DNA from: Paraspadella gotoi
Taxonomy: Eukaryota; Animalia; Chaetognatha
Direction of reading: 5' to 3'
Assembly: GCA_051294375.1 (NCBI GenBank)
Contig: CM119264.1
Location: 4,548,402-4,612,170, forward strand
Length of the DNA stretch: 63,769 bases
Below the pieces are notes generated by a model, which was not told where the DNA came from, did no database searches, and saw nothing but the letters and a program-made list of their open reading frames with translations. Positions 63,489-63,769 of the stretch are shown here, piece after piece. Each line of letters begins with the position of its first letter. Position 1 is the stretch's first letter. Made by a program: the position numbers and the translations under genes.

Positions 63489-63769
63489 TTCTCTCTGTCT
63501 CTCTATCTTTCTCTCTCTCTCTTTTTTTTACAATTTTTTTTTTCACCACCGTCACTAGGCGACGAGTAAATGAGTAAACGAGTAAACGAGTTCCGGCTCT
63601 GGAGCGTCTGTTCAGCTTCTTTCTCTCTCTCTCTCTCTCTCTCTCTGTACGATCGTTCGTTTTTTGAAAAATTCTTATTATTTCTTCCCTTCTAAAACTT
63701 TTATTTTTTTTCTCAAAACAAAATCCGGCAATATAAATAATATATAATATAAAAAATATAACAATCTAA
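62860..63769. repeat. Local duplication across an N gap (62860-63105 vs 63560-63769); probably an assembly overlap
   Basis: Shared gctctgg(g)agcgt..tgttcagct, acgatcg...tttttga and aaaacaaaatc...caata...aacaatctaa; the first copy carries many insertions. Confidence 0.65.

Overview
Eukaryotic (invertebrate-animal-like) draft scaffold, rich in microsatellites, with many N gaps and several stretches that look like poorly polished long-read sequence. Main contents, left to right: (1) a 7.6-kb BEL/Pao LTR retrotransposon (754-8374, minus strand) with near-identical LTRs; it keeps gag, protease, an RNase H region and a DDE integrase but appears to lack the whole reverse transcriptase; (2) the 3' exons of a single-pass immunoglobulin-superfamily gene (+, 11831-19281); (3) a convergent TMX1-like thioredoxin transmembrane gene (-, 21315-22961); (4) an unidentified spliced minus-strand gene fragment (~25.4-27 kb); (5) two paralogous copies of an AT-rich, unusually long XK/Xkr-related multipass membrane gene (34380-38388 and 58512-60519), each hit by Helentron/DINE-like non-autonomous elements; (6) a degraded DIRS tyrosine-recombinase retrotransposon (45622-48760) between two copies of a ~3-kb duplication; and several minisatellites. 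All translations and alignments were done by eye, and no database searches were run. The best candidates for something new are the RT-less BEL/Pao element and the extended XK-like gene family.
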